Shown here in pieces: positions 45,848-48,897 of a DNA stretch of 48,897 nucleotides. The stretch covers positions 1 to 48,897 of the IMG/VR virus record IMGVR_UViG_3300044580_000519; one strand, written 5' to 3'. This stretch comes from a virus (Duplodnaviria; Caudoviricetes). The translations under genes and the position numbers were made by a program. Under the pieces are notes generated by a model. That model made no database searches. It worked only from the letters and a program-made list of their open reading frames with translations, and was not told the DNA's origin. Every line of letters starts with the position of its first letter. Positions within the stretch are counted from its first letter, which is position 1.

Positions 45848-46093
45848 CTATTTCCCCCATATATTTTCCGTTACCCCGTATTTATTAAATACCACTTCAA
45901 CGGCCGCCGCTTGGGTTGCTTTCGGTTCTATTTCCCCGTTTTTATATTGAGAAAATGAATTACGGTTATTAATCCCGATAGCTTCCCACAATTCCGCCGT
46001 AGCTTCTTTAATGTCAAATCCATTAAGAAGCGCGTAGGCTTGCAACTGCCTGTAACCGGCGTTAAATCCTTCCTTGTAATTTTTTTCTGTCAT
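45848..46093 (-). CDS. Cro-like HTH protein
   Basis: Small HTH-like (NRNSFSQYKNGEIEP), divergent from repressor. Confidence 0.6.
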   Translation of the reverse strand: MTEKNYKEGFNAGYRQLQAYALLNGFDIKEATAELWEAIGINNRNSFSQYKNGEIEPKATQAAAVEVVFNKYGVTENIWGK

Positions 46094-46106
46094 TTCTTCG
46101 CTTTTA

Positions 46107-46331
46107 TTATTTATTGTAAAATGTTATTCTTAACCCCCTTCGCAAACAGCACTTTGTTTTATCGTTTTTGCTTGCTATTGCTTGTTGTACGAATTTGCTT
46201 AATAGTTCTTCGCCTATTAATTCTTTAGCACCCCGAACGCCTACCAGCTTGTTAATAGGCTGGTTATTATTGTCTTTACCGCTTACTTTCAAAAGAAAGT
46301 TTCTATTTATGTAAGTTGTATCGTAAAGCAT
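46107..46331 (-). CDS. Hypothetical protein, first early gene
   Basis: 74-aa ORF downstream of leftward promoter. Confidence 0.6.
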   Translation of the reverse strand: MLYDTTYINRNFLLKVSGKDNNNQPINKLVGVRGAKELIGEELLSKFVQQAIASKNDKTKCCLRRGLRITFYNK

Positions 46332-46380
46332 AACTTCCTACTTTTCTTCATTAACTATGTGATTTAGCGTAAATTTGCTA

Positions 46381-46466
46381 TTTGCGTATAGCCTACAAAT
46401 TGCGTATATTTGCAAATAATTTATTTACATGCCGCAAATGTAAGGCAATGCAGTGAAATATGCAAG
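46381..46466. promoter_or_regulatory. Lysis-lysogeny switch with face-to-face promoters
   Basis: Rightward TTTG 46381 / TATATTTG 46405-46412; leftward TACATTTG 46435-46442 with TTG about 20 nt upstream; several ATTTGC/GCAAAT repeats. Confidence 0.6.
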
Positions 46467-46523
46467 TATTTGCAGTGTTAAATATTGTGATTTTTCTATT
46501 CAATCTTTAAAAGATAAAACTAA

Positions 46524-46913
46524 ATGGGTGTAAAAGAAAGACTTAGGGAATTTATTAAATTCAAAAAAATTAGCGAACGCGCTTTTTGTTCCCGTATAGG
46601 TGTGTCGAATTCGTATGTAAATTCTATACGAACTTCAATACAACCCGATAAGATGAAGGCAATTACCGCCGAATTCCCGGAGTTAAATCCTATGTGGGTT
46701 CTTACCGGCGACGGGGAAATGTTGTATTCGGGAAATACAAATCAAATTAGGGGAAACGGCAATACAGCGGTAGCTGGCAACGGAAATAAGGTTACGGCTA
46801 ATGATATTGCCGGAATGATAGAACTACAAAAAGGTTATCAATCTATTATAAAGGAAAAGGACGCGCAAATAAACCGCCTAATATCCGTAATAGAAAAACT
46901 AAGCGGAAAATAA
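46524..46913 (+). CDS. CI-like XRE repressor without S24 peptidase domain
   Basis: KERL..HTH..FPELNPMWVLTGDGEM; GN-rich linker and short coiled coil. Confidence 0.8.
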   Translation: MGVKERLREFIKFKKISERAFCSRIGVSNSYVNSIRTSIQPDKMKAITAEFPELNPMWVLTGDGEMLYSGNTNQIRGNGNTAVAGNGNKVTANDIAGMIELQKGYQSIIKEKDAQINRLISVIEKLSGK

Positions 46914-47079
46914 GGCAATGCCATTTGTTTTTTACTTCGTATAGTGTTGGCTTTCGTCCGACCGCACAAAACGCGCAGAAAAGCCCCCATTTTGAACGCA
47001 AATTAAAAAGCGGTGTAGTACTCCATAGCGTTATAGAAAGTCGCACAAATCAAAAATTCAAATAAAATAACTGTATATA

Positions 47080-47256
47080 ATGGAAACAATAGAAATAGCA
47101 ATAGTAGAATACTACAATAAACCCCAATTCTTCCCCTTTATGCCGGAAGTTATATTTAACGCGTTAGAAACTGCTTTTTTGGAAGGGAAAGAAACTGCCG
47201 AAGTTCCAAAGGCCGAATTTGAAAAAATGCTATCCGAATTTCAAAATAACAAATAA
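47080..47256 (+). CDS. Small hypothetical protein (58 aa), below ORF-track cutoff
   Basis: METIEIAIVEYYNKPQFFPFMPEVIFNALE..; TAATG coupling to next gene. Confidence 0.65.
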   Translation: METIEIAIVEYYNKPQFFPFMPEVIFNALETAFLEGKETAEVPKAEFEKMLSEFQNNK

Positions 47257-47576
47257 TGAAAACAACGAAGGTAGTTACCCCAATAGTAGAAGGAATAAAC
47301 CGCCGTTTCTTTGTCGCAATAGAAGCCCTTGTAAGCCTTGGCCGTATATCTGCGTTAGAATCCTTTTGTAAGCTACACGGGTTTAGCCCTTCGCGCTACC
47401 GGGAAACCCGCCGGACTTATGGAATAACGCCTAATCCGAATTCCAAGCCGTCCCGTTACAAGCAAATCGAAATAGAAGCCTTATATAGTTTATGTAATAA
47501 TTATAGTATATCTACCGACTGGTTATTACTTGGTCGTGGTAAAATGTTTAAGAATGAAGCGAACCGTAAAATTTGA
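47256..47576 (+). CDS. XRE-like HTH protein
   Basis: YSISTDWLLLGRGKMF C-terminal motif. Confidence 0.65.
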   Translation: MKTTKVVTPIVEGINRRFFVAIEALVSLGRISALESFCKLHGFSPSRYRETRRTYGITPNPNSKPSRYKQIEIEALYSLCNNYSISTDWLLLGRGKMFKNEANRKI

Positions 47577-48897
47577 TTTATTCCCTAAAAAAGTAAACGG
47601 CGTATTGGTTGAATGTAGACCTATACGTATGCGAATTACCTACGGCGGCAATAGGGTAGATATAAGGGTAGGGTATAGTATCGAGGTGGGAAAGTGGAAC
47701 GCGGAAGAAGGGCGCGTTATTGCCGGGGCCAAGAACCGTTATAAACAAACCGCCGGAGAAATAAATAAGGCTATCCTAAATTGTGAAGAATTGGTAGAAG
47801 AAGTTTTTACCCGTTACGAACTTTTGGAAAAGCGGATACCTACGAAGGCAGAATTAAAGGCGGCTTTTGATGAAGTAGCCGGAAGGAAGGAACCGGAACC
47901 CGAAGAACCAGGTAAAATGTTCTATGAAGTCTACGCGGAGTTTATGGAAACAATGGGCCGGCAAAATAATTGGACTAAGGCTACCTATACTAAATTTAAT
48001 TCCTTGCTGGAACACTTGCGAAATTATAGCAAAAACCTTGCTTTTGAAACGCTAACCGAAAAGGAACTACGGGAATTTGTCGTAAATCTTCAAACTTCCG
48101 GGCTTCGTAATACTACCGTCGCTAAATATCTTTCCTTTTTCCGCTGGTTCCTTCGTTGGGCTTTTAATGCTGGTTATTATGAAGGAAAACTACACGAATC
48201 TTTTAAGCCAAAATTCAAAGGTATAGACGGCAATTCTAAGGAAATTATTTATTTGGAATGGGAAGAATTATTAGAATTGTATGCTTTCAAATTTCCGCCC
48301 GCCAAAACGTCCCTTCCGGCCGTTCGTGATGTGTTTTGCTTTTGCTGTTTTACCGGGCTTCGCTATTCGGATGTAGCCAAGCTAAAAAGAAGCGACGTAA
48401 AAAAGAACTATATAACCGTTGTTACTCAAAAAACGGCCGATAGCCTTATTATTGAATTAAATAAATATAGTAGGGCTATACTAAAGAAGTACGAAAATAT
48501 AGGCCTTCCTAATGATAAGGCCTTACCCGTTGTAAGTAACGTAAAGATGAACGAAAACCTTAAAGAAATGGGAAAAGAAGCCGGGCTTACTAACCCGCAA
48601 AGGATTGTTTACTTTATGGGAAACCAACGCTACGAAGAAGTATTACCTAAATACGCGCTTCTTACAACCCATTGCGGAAGGCGAAGTTTTATAGTGAACG
48701 CTTTAAGGCTTGGGGTTCCGGCCGAGGTTATTATGAAGTGGACGGGGCATAGTGATTATAAAGCTATGAAACCTTATATTAAAATAGTTGATAAGCTAAA
48801 GGCTTCCGAAATGGAAAAATTCGATAACTTCAATGTTCGGAATAAAAAGAAAAATGAATCTAAAAAAGCCAAACCCAAAAAAGAACCCAATTCTTAG
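47554..48897 (+). CDS. int: Tyrosine integrase (Bacteroidota type with arm-binding and SAM-like domains)
   Basis: TGLRYSD, HCGRR, GHS, MKPY catalytic residues. Confidence 0.95.
   Translation: MKRTVKFDLFPKKVNGVLVECRPIRMRITYGGNRVDIRVGYSIEVGKWNAEEGRVIAGAKNRYKQTAGEINKAILNCEELVEEVFTRYELLEKRIPTKAELKAAFDEVAGRKEPEPEEPGKMFYEVYAEFMETMGRQNNWTKATYTKFNSLLEHLRNYSKNLAFETLTEKELREFVVNLQTSGLRNTTVAKYLSFFRWFLRWAFNAGYYEGKLHESFKPKFKGIDGNSKEIIYLEWEELLELYAFKFPPAKTSLPAVRDVFCFCCFTGLRYSDVAKLKRSDVKKNYITVVTQKTADSLIIELNKYSRAILKKYENIGLPNDKALPVVSNVKMNENLKEMGKEAGLTNPQRIVYFMGNQRYEEVLPKYALLTTHCGRRSFIVNALRLGVPAEVIMKWTGHSDYKAMKPYIKIVDKLKASEMEKFDNFNVRNKKKNESKKAKPKKEPNS

Larger units (their letters stand above)
1..48897. mobile_element. 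Temperate prophage (siphovirus-like, Bacteroidota host), near complete; att sites not visible in window
   Basis: Ordered modules: integrase, repressor, replication, terminase, portal, capsid, tape measure, tail, endolysin; Bacteroidota-type promoter boxes. Confidence 0.95.

Noticed and set aside
48840-48897. attL/attR direct repeats
   Set aside because: Window is trimmed at gene ends; no matching terminal repeat seen

Overview
The window is an essentially complete temperate siphovirus-type prophage of a Bacteroidota host (host inferred from TAnnTTTG -7 / TTTG -33 promoter boxes and gene families). From right to left it runs: integrase and immunity region, early recombination/replication genes, three DNA methyltransferases, packaging, head (MuF fused to an ADP-ribosyltransferase), a small accessory island, capsid/tail and lysis. 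The main result is a diversity-generating retroelement (DGR: RT 1869-2885, template repeat TR ~2988-3101, non-Avd-looking accessory gene 3128-3463) that appears re-targeted. The adjacent tail-fibre-like gene has only a decayed VR (about 16 non-adenine mismatches in 78 nt). Two paralogous small genes 37-40 kb away in the early operon (39964-40491, 42445-42855) each carry a 78-nt internal VR differing from TR only at TR adenines (17 and 12 changes; 50/50 non-A positions identical). Other notable items are a c4/CI-like antisense-RNA attenuator before a double-BRO antirepressor, a four-copy palindromic operator at late promoters, an iteron-like origin detached from the initiator gene, a probable tail-chaperone -1 frameshift and two pseudogenes missed by the ORF track. 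All alignments were done by hand; no database searches were run.
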